Positions 20,385 to 29,370 of a DNA stretch of 64,000 bases are shown here, piece after piece. Numbering within the stretch: the first letter of the stretch is position 1; each line of letters begins with the position of its first letter. The position numbers were made by a program, and so were the translations under genes. Origin of the DNA: Trueperaceae bacterium (GTDB lineage: Bacteria > Deinococcota > Deinococci > Deinococcales > Trueperaceae); contig JAXHLW010000001.1 in assembly GCA_034521815.1 (NCBI GenBank), positions 192,001-256,000 on the forward strand, in the 5' to 3' direction. The notes beneath the pieces are model-generated. The model had not been told where the DNA came from, searched no databases, and saw nothing but the letters and a program-made list of their open reading frames with translations.

Positions 20385-21254
20385 ATGGCCCTCGGACTCA
20401 ACCACGCCCTCCTTATCGGCACGCTCGTACGAGAGCCCGACCTTCGCTACACGCCGGCAGGCCTGGCGGTGCTGCGCCTCGACCTCGGCGGCGACGATCA
20501 CCTCCACGACGAGGACGGCACCCTCAGGGCCCGCCCCTGGTACCAGCGGGCCACCGTGTTCGGGGCGCAGGCGGAGCGCGTGGTCGATCACGTCCGCACC
20601 GGCACGCCGATCTGGCTCGAAGGCCACGTCGAGCAGCGCAGCTGGGAGACGGAGGAGGGCGCCGTCCGCTCCGCGCTGGACGTGGTCGGACGCCGGGTGG
20701 AGGTCCTCGGCCTGGGTGCGCGCGACCCCGACGACGCGTTCGCGGTCGATGCCCGAGACCAGCCTCGCCTCAGGGACGCCGTCAATCGCGTTCGCATGAT
20801 CGGCAACCTGGTCCGGGACGTCGAGCTCCGCCGCAGCGAGGCGGGCGTCGCGCTGGCGCGCTTCACGGTCGCCGTCCGAGAGCGTGACTCGGGTCGCGGT
20901 GAACGCGGCCGGGGCGAGACGGCCCGGCGCGACGCGACCCGTGGCGACGAGGACACCAAGCCGAACTTCGTCGAGGTGCGGGCCTGGCGGGACACGGCCA
21001 TCGCCGCGGACGGTCTCGAGAAGGGCACACCGGTGTACCTGGACGGCCGGCTGGTGACCGACGCGTGGACCGACGGCGAAGGATCGCGGCGTTGGGCGAC
21101 CCGTGTCGAGGCGTTGCGGATCGAGACGATCGAGCGGCTCTCACGGAGCTCGGAGGTCGCGACGCTGCCGCGGTCCGATCCGACGACCGCAGAGGAGACG
21201 GGCGCGGCGCTCGAAGCCGCTCCCTCGGGCGCCCAGGCGGGACCGCCGTTCTGA
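20385..21254 (+). CDS. ssb: Single-stranded DNA-binding protein, Deinococcota two-OB-fold type (divergent)
   Basis: MALGLNHALLIGTL...LRYTPAG, second OB fold NRVRMIGNLVRDVELR, C-terminal tail ending PF. RBS GAGGAG. Confidence 0.88.
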   Translation: MALGLNHALLIGTLVREPDLRYTPAGLAVLRLDLGGDDHLHDEDGTLRARPWYQRATVFGAQAERVVDHVRTGTPIWLEGHVEQRSWETEEGAVRSALDVVGRRVEVLGLGARDPDDAFAVDARDQPRLRDAVNRVRMIGNLVRDVELRRSEAGVALARFTVAVRERDSGRGERGRGETARRDATRGDEDTKPNFVEVRAWRDTAIAADGLEKGTPVYLDGRLVTDAWTDGEGSRRWATRVEALRIETIERLSRSSEVATLPRSDPTTAEETGAALEAAPSGAQAGPPF

Positions 21255-21387
21255 GCGAACCGCACGGTGCGCACCGCGCGCGATGCGGATCGCATCGTCG
21301 ACGGAGCGCCGAGATCGCTACCGCTACCGGCCGGGGACGTTGGTGACACGGCGTCCCCGGCCGTCCCCGCCGACGTACCATCGGCAC

Positions 21388-22200
21388 ATGGATGAGATCG
21401 TTCTGGTGCTGGGAGGGGGCGGAGCTCGGGGACTGGCGCACATCGGGGTCCTGCGGGCCCTCGAGGAGGCCGACGCGCGCGTGCGCGCCATCGCCGGCTG
21501 CTCGATGGGAGGCATCGTCGGGGCGTTCTACGCCGCGGGGTTCACGCCCGACGAGATGGAAGAGGTCGCGCGCGGCATCCGCTACGAGTCGCTACTGTCG
21601 TTCGGCGAGCTCGGCGGCATCGTCGGTGGCGACGGCCTCGCGAGCCTGTTGGCGGAGCATCTACCAGGGCGCTTCGACGACCTCGGGCTGCCGATGCTGA
21701 TGACCGCCGTCGACGTCCAGAAGGGCGACCTGGTGGTGCTGAACGACGGTGATCTCGTCCAGGCCCTGCGCGCGACCAGCGCGCTGCCGGGACTGATCTC
21801 GCCTGTCCGCTTGGGTGACCGCGTTCTGGTGGACGGTGGGCTTCTGAACAACCTTCCCGTGGACCTGGCGCGCACGATGGGCGACCATCCGGTCGTGGCC
21901 GTCGACGTCGCTGCACCGCCGGATCGCCGCCTGCGGTTCGAGGACGACCGGAGCTTCTGGGAGCGTCTGAAGCACGTGGTACAGCCGCAGCGTGCCCTGA
22001 CCGTGGAGCTGTTCATGAAGTCGTTCGACGTGCCGCAGGCGCTGGTGACGCAGATGCGCCTGGCGATCTCTCCGCCCGACCTGCTGATCCGTCCCGACGT
22101 GGCGCGCGACTTCGGCGTCGAGCAGTTCGGTCGGATCGACGAGGCGCTGGAGAAGGGCTACGAGGCCGGCCGCGCCGCCGTCGCGTCGTGGAGCCCGTAG
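21388..22200 (+). CDS. Patatin-like phospholipase (RssA/NTE type)
   Basis: LGGGGARG, GCSMG, DGG motifs. Confidence 0.93.
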   Translation: MDEIVLVLGGGGARGLAHIGVLRALEEADARVRAIAGCSMGGIVGAFYAAGFTPDEMEEVARGIRYESLLSFGELGGIVGGDGLASLLAEHLPGRFDDLGLPMLMTAVDVQKGDLVVLNDGDLVQALRATSALPGLISPVRLGDRVLVDGGLLNNLPVDLARTMGDHPVVAVDVAAPPDRRLRFEDDRSFWERLKHVVQPQRALTVELFMKSFDVPQALVTQMRLAISPPDLLIRPDVARDFGVEQFGRIDEALEKGYEAGRAAVASWSP

Positions 22201-22214
22201 GGCGCAGCGGCGCC

Positions 22215-22270
22215 AGGCGTTGCGGGCGTTGCGGGCGTGCGGGCGTGCGGGCGTGCGGGTGTGCGGACGC
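22215..22270. repeat. (GCGGGCGT)-like microsatellite between convergent genes
   Basis: GCGTTGCGG x2, then GCGTGCGG x3, then GTGTGCGG. Confidence 0.85.
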
Positions 22271-22282
22271 GCGGGCGCTCGC

Positions 22283-23968
22283 CTACGCCCCTCGGACCGT
22301 CCGGCCCACACGTTCGACACGCTCGTCCAGCGGCGCCAGCAGCTCGCGTAGATCGTCGTTCGTGCGAGCCAGGCTCAGCCTGCGGCGAGCGCGCGTCACG
22401 GCTACGTACAGCAGGTTCAGCTCGGCACGCGCGGCCTCCGGATCGGGCGCGCGCGCCAGGGCGTCTGCGTCCATCGCCACGCGCGGAAGGTCGCTCCATA
22501 GCTCGACGTGATCCCACTCCCTGCCCTTGGCGCGGTGCACGGTGGAGAGGACGATCGGCGCGTCGCGCTCGCTCGGTCGACTGGCGTCCAGCAGCGAGCT
22601 GCACAGGCCCGGAACGTCGTTTCCGTGGGTGTCGACCAGGCGTCGCAAGGTACGCAGCGCGCCCCCCTGGACCTCCGCCGCTTCGACCAGCTCGTCCCAG
22701 CTGGCGAAGCCGGTCGATGGGGCCCTGTCCGCAGGCCCACCTTGCGCGGGCGTGCGGTCACGAGCCGGGGGTGCGCCCCGGCCACCCCGGCCACCCCGGC
22801 CGCGCCCGCCGCCGGGGGCACCCCGGACCCCCCTTCGCGCCCAGAGCGCGTGCGCGGCTCGCAGCGACGCGACCGTGGCGTCCAACCCGCCGACGACGTG
22901 CACGCCTTCGTCGGCGAACGCGAGCGTCGCCTCGATCACCCCGAGATTCGTTCGGCAAAGCACGGCCCTCGCGTCGCCACGGTCGATCGGCTCGAGCGAC
23001 ACGTCGCCCGACGGCCCGACGCCCGCCAGCCGGGCCCCTGGCGCCAACGCGTGCAGGACGCGGCGGGCCACGTCGGCGATCTCGGGACCGAAGCGAAACG
23101 ATCGTGTCAGTCGCACCTCGGGGTAGCCGGACGCCGCCATCGCGTCGACGGCGCCTCGCCATCCGTAGATCCGCTGAGCCGGATCGCCGACCAGCAGACG
23201 GGCGCCAGCCTGACGCTGGAGGGTGGACAGCATGACCGGAGCGAGGTCTTGGGCCTCGTCGACGAGGAGAAGCTCCGCGTCGATCCGGGTCCCGCGGAGG
23301 TCGAACAGCTTCAGGTAGCCGTCGTGATCGAGGGCCGCGGGATCGTCCGGGTCGACCATGCGCTCCCACGCCCTGCGGACGCGACGCACCAGCCAGCGGG
23401 TCCGCTCCGCGGCGCGCTCCGTGCCCAGCGTCATGACGAGGCGAGCCCGAAGCGCGGCTGGAAGGTGGCCGTCGTTCGGCGTGTCGTCGGCGCTGGCGGT
23501 GAATCGGCTCAGCAACGCGCGCAGCGCTTCGACATGCCCGTTCGCGCCCGGGTCGTGCGGATCGAGGCCGGCCAGCTCGGTCCACGCCGTCCGCGTGCGG
23601 CCACCCGAAGCGGCGGCGAGCTTCGCCCGCATCCGAGCGTCGGGCGCCACCACCGACCGGAACGCCAGGGCGTGCAAGGTGGTCGTCCGCACGTGCGCGG
23701 GGAACGAGCCGCGCGCCTCGTCGGCGATCGCCCGGTTGAACGCCAGGAGGACCGTGGGCCGTGGCGCGGTGCGCTGGGCGACGGCGCGAAGCGTATAGGT
23801 CTTGCCGCTCCCCGCCCGAGCGACGATGGCGCCGTCGTGACCGCCCGCCGCGAGGTCCACCGCCCGTCGCTGCTCGTCCGACAGGACGGGCGCGATCGGC
23901 GGGTCGTCCGCACTCGCGGCCGCGGACGAACGGGAACGGAGGACGGCGTCGCGCCGGGAAGCGGTCAC
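22283..23968 (-). CDS. SF1 UvrD/Rep-like helicase (FBH1-like short form)
   Basis: LSDEQ, ARAGSGKT, LAFN, TLH, DEAQD, VGDPAQRIYGWRGA, LTRSFRFG, STVHRAKGRE, LYVAVTRA. Start placed at GTG 23968 after -10 TAGCGT. Confidence 0.88.
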   Translation of the reverse strand: MTASRRDAVLRSRSSAAASADDPPIAPVLSDEQRRAVDLAAGGHDGAIVARAGSGKTYTLRAVAQRTAPRPTVLLAFNRAIADEARGSFPAHVRTTTLHALAFRSVVAPDARMRAKLAAASGGRTRTAWTELAGLDPHDPGANGHVEALRALLSRFTASADDTPNDGHLPAALRARLVMTLGTERAAERTRWLVRRVRRAWERMVDPDDPAALDHDGYLKLFDLRGTRIDAELLLVDEAQDLAPVMLSTLQRQAGARLLVGDPAQRIYGWRGAVDAMAASGYPEVRLTRSFRFGPEIADVARRVLHALAPGARLAGVGPSGDVSLEPIDRGDARAVLCRTNLGVIEATLAFADEGVHVVGGLDATVASLRAAHALWARRGVRGAPGGGRGRGGRGGRGAPPARDRTPAQGGPADRAPSTGFASWDELVEAAEVQGGALRTLRRLVDTHGNDVPGLCSSLLDASRPSERDAPIVLSTVHRAKGREWDHVELWSDLPRVAMDADALARAPDPEAARAELNLLYVAVTRARRRLSLARTNDDLRELLAPLDERVERVGRTVRGA

Positions 23969-24202
23969 GCCGAACGCTAGCGAACCGACCGGAGGGCGAA
24001 CGGCTGCGTCAGGGTTCGGACCGGTGGTCGCCCGGCCGCCGCCCAACACTGCCGGGCGTACGGGCCGACCCGGTCGCCGAGCCGGTCGCCGAGCCGGTGT
24101 CCCGGACGGCGTCGCGGATCGGCCATGCGCCCCCCGTCGCTGAGGCATCGTGAGCGCAGCCACGCGGGTACGATCGCGAGCCCGGCTCGAGGAGGAACCA
24201 AG

Positions 24203-25748
24203 GTGAGAAAGGTCACAGATCCAGGTAGCGGAACCGCACACGTTCGAAGCGGACACGGTCGTGGTGGTGCTGGTCGGCGCGTCGCGTCGACCGTCATCGC
24301 AGCTTCGGGCGCTCGACACCGCGCTGGGCGGCGAGATCGCCGCGCGCCAGGACCTCGGCGAGCTCGGTATCGACGGGGGAGGGCCCGCGTCGATACCGGG
24401 ATTGGACCGGGTCGGTGCGGCCCGGCTGGTGGTCGTGGCGTCGGGAGCGGACGCCACGCCGGACCAGGTCCGTGGCGCCGCGGCCGCTGCCGGACGCGCG
24501 GTCGCACGGAACGGCGCGGAGCACGTCGCGATCTGGGTCGAGCATGCCTCCGACACCGACACCGACACCGACACCGGGATCGACACCGACGCCCTGCCGG
24601 GCCCGGATCGGCACGTCGTCTTGGGGCTGGTCACGGAGGGGTTCCTGCTGGGGGCGCACCGCGTCCGCAGCTACGCTCGGGACGACGATCGTCCCGCGGT
24701 GCCGGACCGGCTCACGGTGCTCGTTTCCGATCAGGCCGATCACGAGGCGTCGGAGCGGGCTGCCCAGGAGGCGGCGATCGTCGCCGAGTCGGTGGGCTGG
24801 AGCCGCGATCTGGTGGACGCGCCGCCCAACCGGCTCACCCCTGTGGCGCTGGCCGAGGCGGCGGCCGCAGCGGGACGCGAAGCCGGCATGCGCGTCACGG
24901 TGCACGACGAGGCGTGGATGGAGACGCAAGGCATGGGCGCCCTGCTGGCCGTCGCGCAAGGATCGGCGAACCCGCCCCGCATCGTGGTGCTCGAGCATCG
25001 GCCAGGCGAGAGCGAGCTACCCAGCGTCGCCTGGGTCGGCAAAGGGGTCACGTTCGACTCGGGTGGCCTGTCGCTCAAGGACCGAACCTCGATGCCGGAC
25101 ATGAAGGGCGACATGGCGGGCGCCGCCGCCGTCCTGGGCGCGGCGCTGGCGGTCGCTCGAATGGATCTGCCGGTGCGGATGGTGACGGTGGCGGTGTGCG
25201 TCGAGAACATGCCGGACGGCGGCGCCTACCGACCCGCCGACGTGGTGATCGCGGGGGACGGCACGGCGATCGAGATCGTCTCGACCGACGCGGAGGGACG
25301 GCTGGCGCTGGCCGACGCGCTGCTCCTGGCGCAGCGCTTCGGCACCGATGTCGTCGCGGACGTCGCCACCCTGACCGGTGGAGCGATCGTGGCGCTGGGC
25401 AAGGGAACGGCGGCTGCTGCGTTCGCGACGGACGATCGTTGGCTCGACACGCTGAAGGAGGCGGCCCGTTCGAGCGGCGACGCCATCTGGCCCATGCCCA
25501 TCTACGACGACTACCTGCGCGCCATCGCCAGCCGCGTGGCGGACCTCAAGAACGGCGGGGTCCGCGAAGGATCGGCCGGTATCGGCGCGGTCTTCCTGCG
25601 GCGCTTCGCGCCGCCTCGCTGGGCGCACCTCGACATCGCCGGGGTCGCCTGGACCGACGAGCCCAAAGGCGTGTGGAACGCCGGAGCGACCGGGTTCGGG
25701 GTGCGGCTGGCGGTCGATGCGACGCGGCGGCTGGCGAGCGACGCTTGA
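24203..25748 (+). CDS. pepA: Leucyl aminopeptidase (M17); RBS-linked start appears frameshifted by one base
   Basis: VGKGVTFDSGG, MKGDMAGAA, ENMPDG, STDAEGRL, ATLTG, WAHLDIAG in the frame of 24261. The GAGGAGG-linked GTG 24203 is in a different frame. Confidence 0.9.
24551..24590 (+). repeat. (GACACC)n microsatellite encoding an Asp-Thr run in PepA
   Basis: GACACC x4, GGGATC, then GACACCGAC. Confidence 0.85.
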
Positions 25749-25763
25749 CGCCAAGCCGCCTGC

Positions 25764-26105
25764 TCACTCGATCGGCCGGAGGTCCTCCATGATCTGCCAG
25801 CCGACGCCCTCGGGGGTGTCCTCGAGAGCGGCCTGGAGCGTTTCGGCCAGCCACGGCACCAGCCTGCCGGCGCTCTCCTCGTCGTCGGCGAACGTCAGGA
25901 CGGTGAGCTGGTACACGCGCTGCGTGGCGGCCATCGTGCCGTCGTCGAAGAACGAGAACGGCGGACGTGGCAGCTCGTCCCACAGCACGTGAACGTCCGG
26001 CTCGAGCCGTTCCGGCAAGTAGCGGGCGAGGTCGACGTCGAGCTCGCCCGGAAACCACAGGTAGCCCTGCAGCAGCTTGATCGGTCGCTGGGCGTCGTCG
26101 TTCAC
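25764..26105 (-). CDS. DUF3208-family protein (Deinococcota-typical)
   Basis: IKLLQGYLW...VLWDE..PPFSFFDDGT.AATQRVYQLTVL...TPEGVGWQIMEDLR. GTG overlaps the HAD gene stop. Confidence 0.75.
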   Translation of the reverse strand: MNDDAQRPIKLLQGYLWFPGELDVDLARYLPERLEPDVHVLWDELPRPPFSFFDDGTMAATQRVYQLTVLTFADDEESAGRLVPWLAETLQAALEDTPEGVGWQIMEDLRPIE

Positions 26106-26722
26106 GCCTCGGGGTCGATCCCGGTCGGTACGTCGGGAAGCAGCGCGCGCCAGTCGGCGAGGAATGCGTCGAGATCCACGATGTGGATCGCGGCGTAGCC
26201 CAAGGCGCGGGCGGCCACGACGTTGCGCTCCGCGTCGTCGATGAACACGGTGGCCTCTGGAGGCACCTCCAGGGCTTCGGTCAACGCCGCGAACGCGGCC
26301 GCATCGGGCTTGCGCACACCGATCTCGTTGCTGAACACGAACCGCTCGATGCGCTGCATGCGAGGGTCGTGCCGCACGCGGTCGCACAGCACCGGGACGT
26401 TGTTCGACAGCATGCCCACCGTGTAGTCGGCCGGAATGGCGCCCAGGATGGCGAACATCGCCGTCCGTTCGCGCACGGCGCCGAGGAACGTCTCGGTGAA
26501 CGTCGGCTCGTCCAGCTCGGTGCCCGTCGTCTCGACGAACCTCGCGTGGAAGCCGGTCATGTCGAACGCGCCCGTCTCGAAGTCGGCCATCAGGTCCAGG
26601 TAGGGACGCTCGATCGAGGTGGGCTCGACGCCCGCCCGTCGGGCGAGCGCGACGATGGCGCTCTGGTCGAAGGTGCCTTCGGTGAACACGCCACCCCAGT
26701 CGAACGCGACGGCGCGGATCAT
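26102..26722 (-). CDS. HAD-family phosphatase (subfamily IA)
   Basis: FDWGGV, LSNN, RKPD, FIDD..NV. Confidence 0.9.
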   Translation of the reverse strand: MIRAVAFDWGGVFTEGTFDQSAIVALARRAGVEPTSIERPYLDLMADFETGAFDMTGFHARFVETTGTELDEPTFTETFLGAVRERTAMFAILGAIPADYTVGMLSNNVPVLCDRVRHDPRMQRIERFVFSNEIGVRKPDAAAFAALTEALEVPPEATVFIDDAERNVVAARALGYAAIHIVDLDAFLADWRALLPDVPTGIDPEA

Positions 26723-27591
26723 GGTGCCCTCACGACGTCGCGGGGCGACTGCAGGTCGGGAGCAGGACCCGGTCCCGCCTCGACCGGCGGTGCACGCCGC
26801 TTCGTGGGGCGGGGGCCCACCTCCTCGCGGTACCAGGCGAAGAAGATCACGACGAACGGGATCCCGAACGCGACCAGCCCGCCGACCTTCATGATCGCGC
26901 CCGCCAGCGCCTGCTCGGAAAGCGCGTCCATTCCGAGGGTCCAGGGCGCACTCCCGTACGTCGGGTAGAGCACCGCGTCGGCGAACGTGATCGTGCCGAA
27001 CACGGGGATCTGGAACACCGGAAGCAGGAACAGGTAGATGAGACGAAGCATGTGCGAGAGCCGCGGAAACTCAGGGACCCGGCTCATCAGCGGCCACCAC
27101 ATCAGCAGCGCGGTGGCGAGGAAGAGGAGGTGCTCGGCGTGGTGCAGGCTCGGGTTCCTGAGCGCGGCTTCGTAGATCGCGGGCACGTGCCAGGCGGAGA
27201 AGAAGAAGGTGAACAGGCCGATCGCGACGATCGGATTGGTGAGCACGCGCGCCACGGGCGCGATGCCGGGCCGCAGGAGCCAGGGCCTGAGCATCCAGAC
27301 CGGAACGCTGGCCAGCAGCAGCGGCGCCGCGAGGTACGCGATCCCGAGGTGCTGAACCATGTGGGCGGTCAGGCTGTAGCGCTCGGCGAGGTCGTGAAGA
27401 GGCGATCCCTCGAACAGGTAGAGCAGGGCCAGGGCGGCGTAGTAGCCGAGCGCCGAGCGGACCGGGAACGGTCGACCGGGCGCGAGGCGCTGACGGAGCG
27501 GCCCCGCCGCGAGCGCGAAGAGCGTCGCGAGGGTGATCAGCCCCCCGAGGAGGACGGGATCGGCTTGCCAACCGAGATACAGCTCAGGCAT
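26719..27591 (-). CDS. ctaG: Cytochrome c oxidase assembly factor (caa3-type CtaG)
   Basis: AHMVQH, AWHVP..Y, H..EH, WWP, EQALAGAIMK; directly downstream of the oxidase operon. Confidence 0.9.
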   Translation of the reverse strand: MPELYLGWQADPVLLGGLITLATLFALAAGPLRQRLAPGRPFPVRSALGYYAALALLYLFEGSPLHDLAERYSLTAHMVQHLGIAYLAAPLLLASVPVWMLRPWLLRPGIAPVARVLTNPIVAIGLFTFFFSAWHVPAIYEAALRNPSLHHAEHLLFLATALLMWWPLMSRVPEFPRLSHMLRLIYLFLLPVFQIPVFGTITFADAVLYPTYGSAPWTLGMDALSEQALAGAIMKVGGLVAFGIPFVVIFFAWYREEVGPRPTKRRAPPVEAGPGPAPDLQSPRDVVRAP

Positions 27592-27671
27592 CGGACCTCC
27601 ATGCTACGTCGCGGACCGAGGCGCACGCCCCGGCCCGCGAACACGATTTCACGCGCAGCCGGCGTCGCCGG

Positions 27672-28742
27672 TCAGGGAAGCGCCAGCTCGTCCCGCAGGT
27701 CGTGCACGTCGCTTCCGGCGAGGCCTTTGCCGCGTTCGGATGCGACCTCGTCGGTGTCGAACGGCGTGAACCCGTCTGGCAGGTTCGCTGCGTTGTCCCA
27801 TTCGTGCGACACGTAGTTCGTGACGGCTGCGATCTGCTCGTCGTCGAGCTGGCTCCATGCGGGCATGACGCCGTTGTAGGTCTGGCCCGAGACGCGGATC
27901 TGGCCTTGCAGTCCGTAGAGGAGGGTGTCGATCAGGTAGGTTCGGCCGCCGTCGGGTGTCAGCAGGTCGGGCACGTGGTCGGCCAGTGGCGGGAACGCTC
28001 CGGGGATGCCCTGTCCGTTGGCCTGGTGGCATGATGCGCAGTTCGCTCCGTACACCTGGGCTCCGAGCTCCTCGTCCCAAACGCCATCAGCGGCCTGCGC
28101 GGCCGTCGCCTCGTCGCCAGCCGCTTCGCCGTCGTCACCTACGGCCCCCGCGCCGTCGGCCTCCACAGGAGCCTCGTCGGACTCGGTCTGTGCCGCTGGA
28201 GGAGCGGCGGTCGTCAGCGTCCAGCCTTCGGTCTGCGCCGCGGGCGGTGCGACGGACCACGACAGGTTCTTCGGCCGTGCGTCGCCCAGCACGGACGACA
28301 GCTCGCGAGCGTAGCCGTCCGATTCGATCAGCTCGAGCGTTCGCTCGTCCAGGCCCTCGTCGCCATGGTCGTCCTCTGCGGCTTCGCCGTGCAGGAACTG
28401 GCCTTCCGGCGCGACCTGCGAGCGGACGAAGCTGAGGGAGCTGGGCGCCGTCATCAGGAACACGAAGGCGACGAAGGTACCGAGGCCCATCACCATGCCG
28501 CTTGCGAAGAAGCCGGAGTAGGTGACGTCATCGTCCTTGAGGTGCATGAAGAACAGGATCACCATCACGAACTTGACGACCGAGAGGATCATCAGCAACC
28601 AGAGCGTGGCCGTGTCGCCCAGCCAGGCGATCTCGTACTCGACGATCGCGAACTCGACGTAGGTGATGACGCCCAGGATCAGAGCGACGACGATGTACTC
28701 GCCGACGCCGTGCTTCTTGTGTTCGTTTGCGCCGTGTGCCAT
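27672..28742 (-). CDS. Cytochrome c oxidase subunit IV fused to a c552-like cytochrome c
   Basis: N-terminal three TM helices with KF.MV...FMHLK.D (subunit IV), an acidic linker, then CASCH...QGIPGAFPPLA...LYGLQGQI...YNGVMP. Confidence 0.88.
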   Translation of the reverse strand: MAHGANEHKKHGVGEYIVVALILGVITYVEFAIVEYEIAWLGDTATLWLLMILSVVKFVMVILFFMHLKDDDVTYSGFFASGMVMGLGTFVAFVFLMTAPSSLSFVRSQVAPEGQFLHGEAAEDDHGDEGLDERTLELIESDGYARELSSVLGDARPKNLSWSVAPPAAQTEGWTLTTAAPPAAQTESDEAPVEADGAGAVGDDGEAAGDEATAAQAADGVWDEELGAQVYGANCASCHQANGQGIPGAFPPLADHVPDLLTPDGGRTYLIDTLLYGLQGQIRVSGQTYNGVMPAWSQLDDEQIAAVTNYVSHEWDNAANLPDGFTPFDTDEVASERGKGLAGSDVHDLRDELALP

Positions 28743-28749
28743 GACCGCC

Positions 28750-29370
28750 TTAAATGAAGTCCACGAGGTAGACGAGCGTGAAGATGACGATCCAGACGAT
28801 GTCGACGAAGTGCCAGTACAGGCCGGCGACCTCGAGGTAGGTCGCGTCCTTCGCACGCATCGGCCGGACGTAGCTCGCCACCACGATCGAGAGGAGCCAG
28901 AGCACGCCGATGGCCACGTGGACGCCGTGCGTGCCCGTCAGGACGAAGAAGGTGCTGCCGAACAGATTGCGGTCCAGGGTGAGGCCGAGCTCGACGAAGT
29001 GCGAGAACTCGTACACCTGGAAGCCCAGGAAGATCGCGCCGAAGAACGCGACGCCGAACGTCCACAGCCGGAAGCGGGGGATGTCGTCCTGGCGCAGCGA
29101 GTTGAGCGCGAGCACCATCAGGAACGAGCTCATCAGCAGCACGAAGGTGCTGACCGTGGTGAGGGGGATGTCGAGCACGTCGAGCGGGTAGGGGCCGACG
29201 ATGCTGCGCCCCTTGTAGATCAGGTACGTCCCGATCAGCGTTCCGAAGAACATCACGTCGGAGGCCAGGAAGATCCACATCAGCAGCTTCGTGTCGGGAA
29301 GCGTGCTGCTCCGCCAGCCGTGGCTCTGAGTCTCCGCGGGCACGCCCGCGGACGGGGCTTGGCCGGCCAT
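28750..29370 (-). CDS. ctaE: Cytochrome c oxidase subunit III
   Basis: MWIFLASD.MFFG, LLMSS, FFVLTGTHG.HV, GLYWHFVD.VW. Confidence 0.94.
   Translation of the reverse strand: MAGQAPSAGVPAETQSHGWRSSTLPDTKLLMWIFLASDVMFFGTLIGTYLIYKGRSIVGPYPLDVLDIPLTTVSTFVLLMSSFLMVLALNSLRQDDIPRFRLWTFGVAFFGAIFLGFQVYEFSHFVELGLTLDRNLFGSTFFVLTGTHGVHVAIGVLWLLSIVVASYVRPMRAKDATYLEVAGLYWHFVDIVWIVIFTLVYLVDFI

Noticed and set aside
20200-20385. RDRM (DdrO) operator upstream of ssb; also looked for at recQ, nfo/nucS and the helicase
   Set aside because: No AT-rich 17-bp palindrome resembling the RDRM was seen by eye.
20385-23968. ssb + patatin + helicase as an anti-phage system (CBASS CapV-like, Gabija-like)
   Set aside because: The patatin is RssA/NTE-like with its own promoter, the helicase is convergent, and no cyclase, nuclease or mobile context is present.
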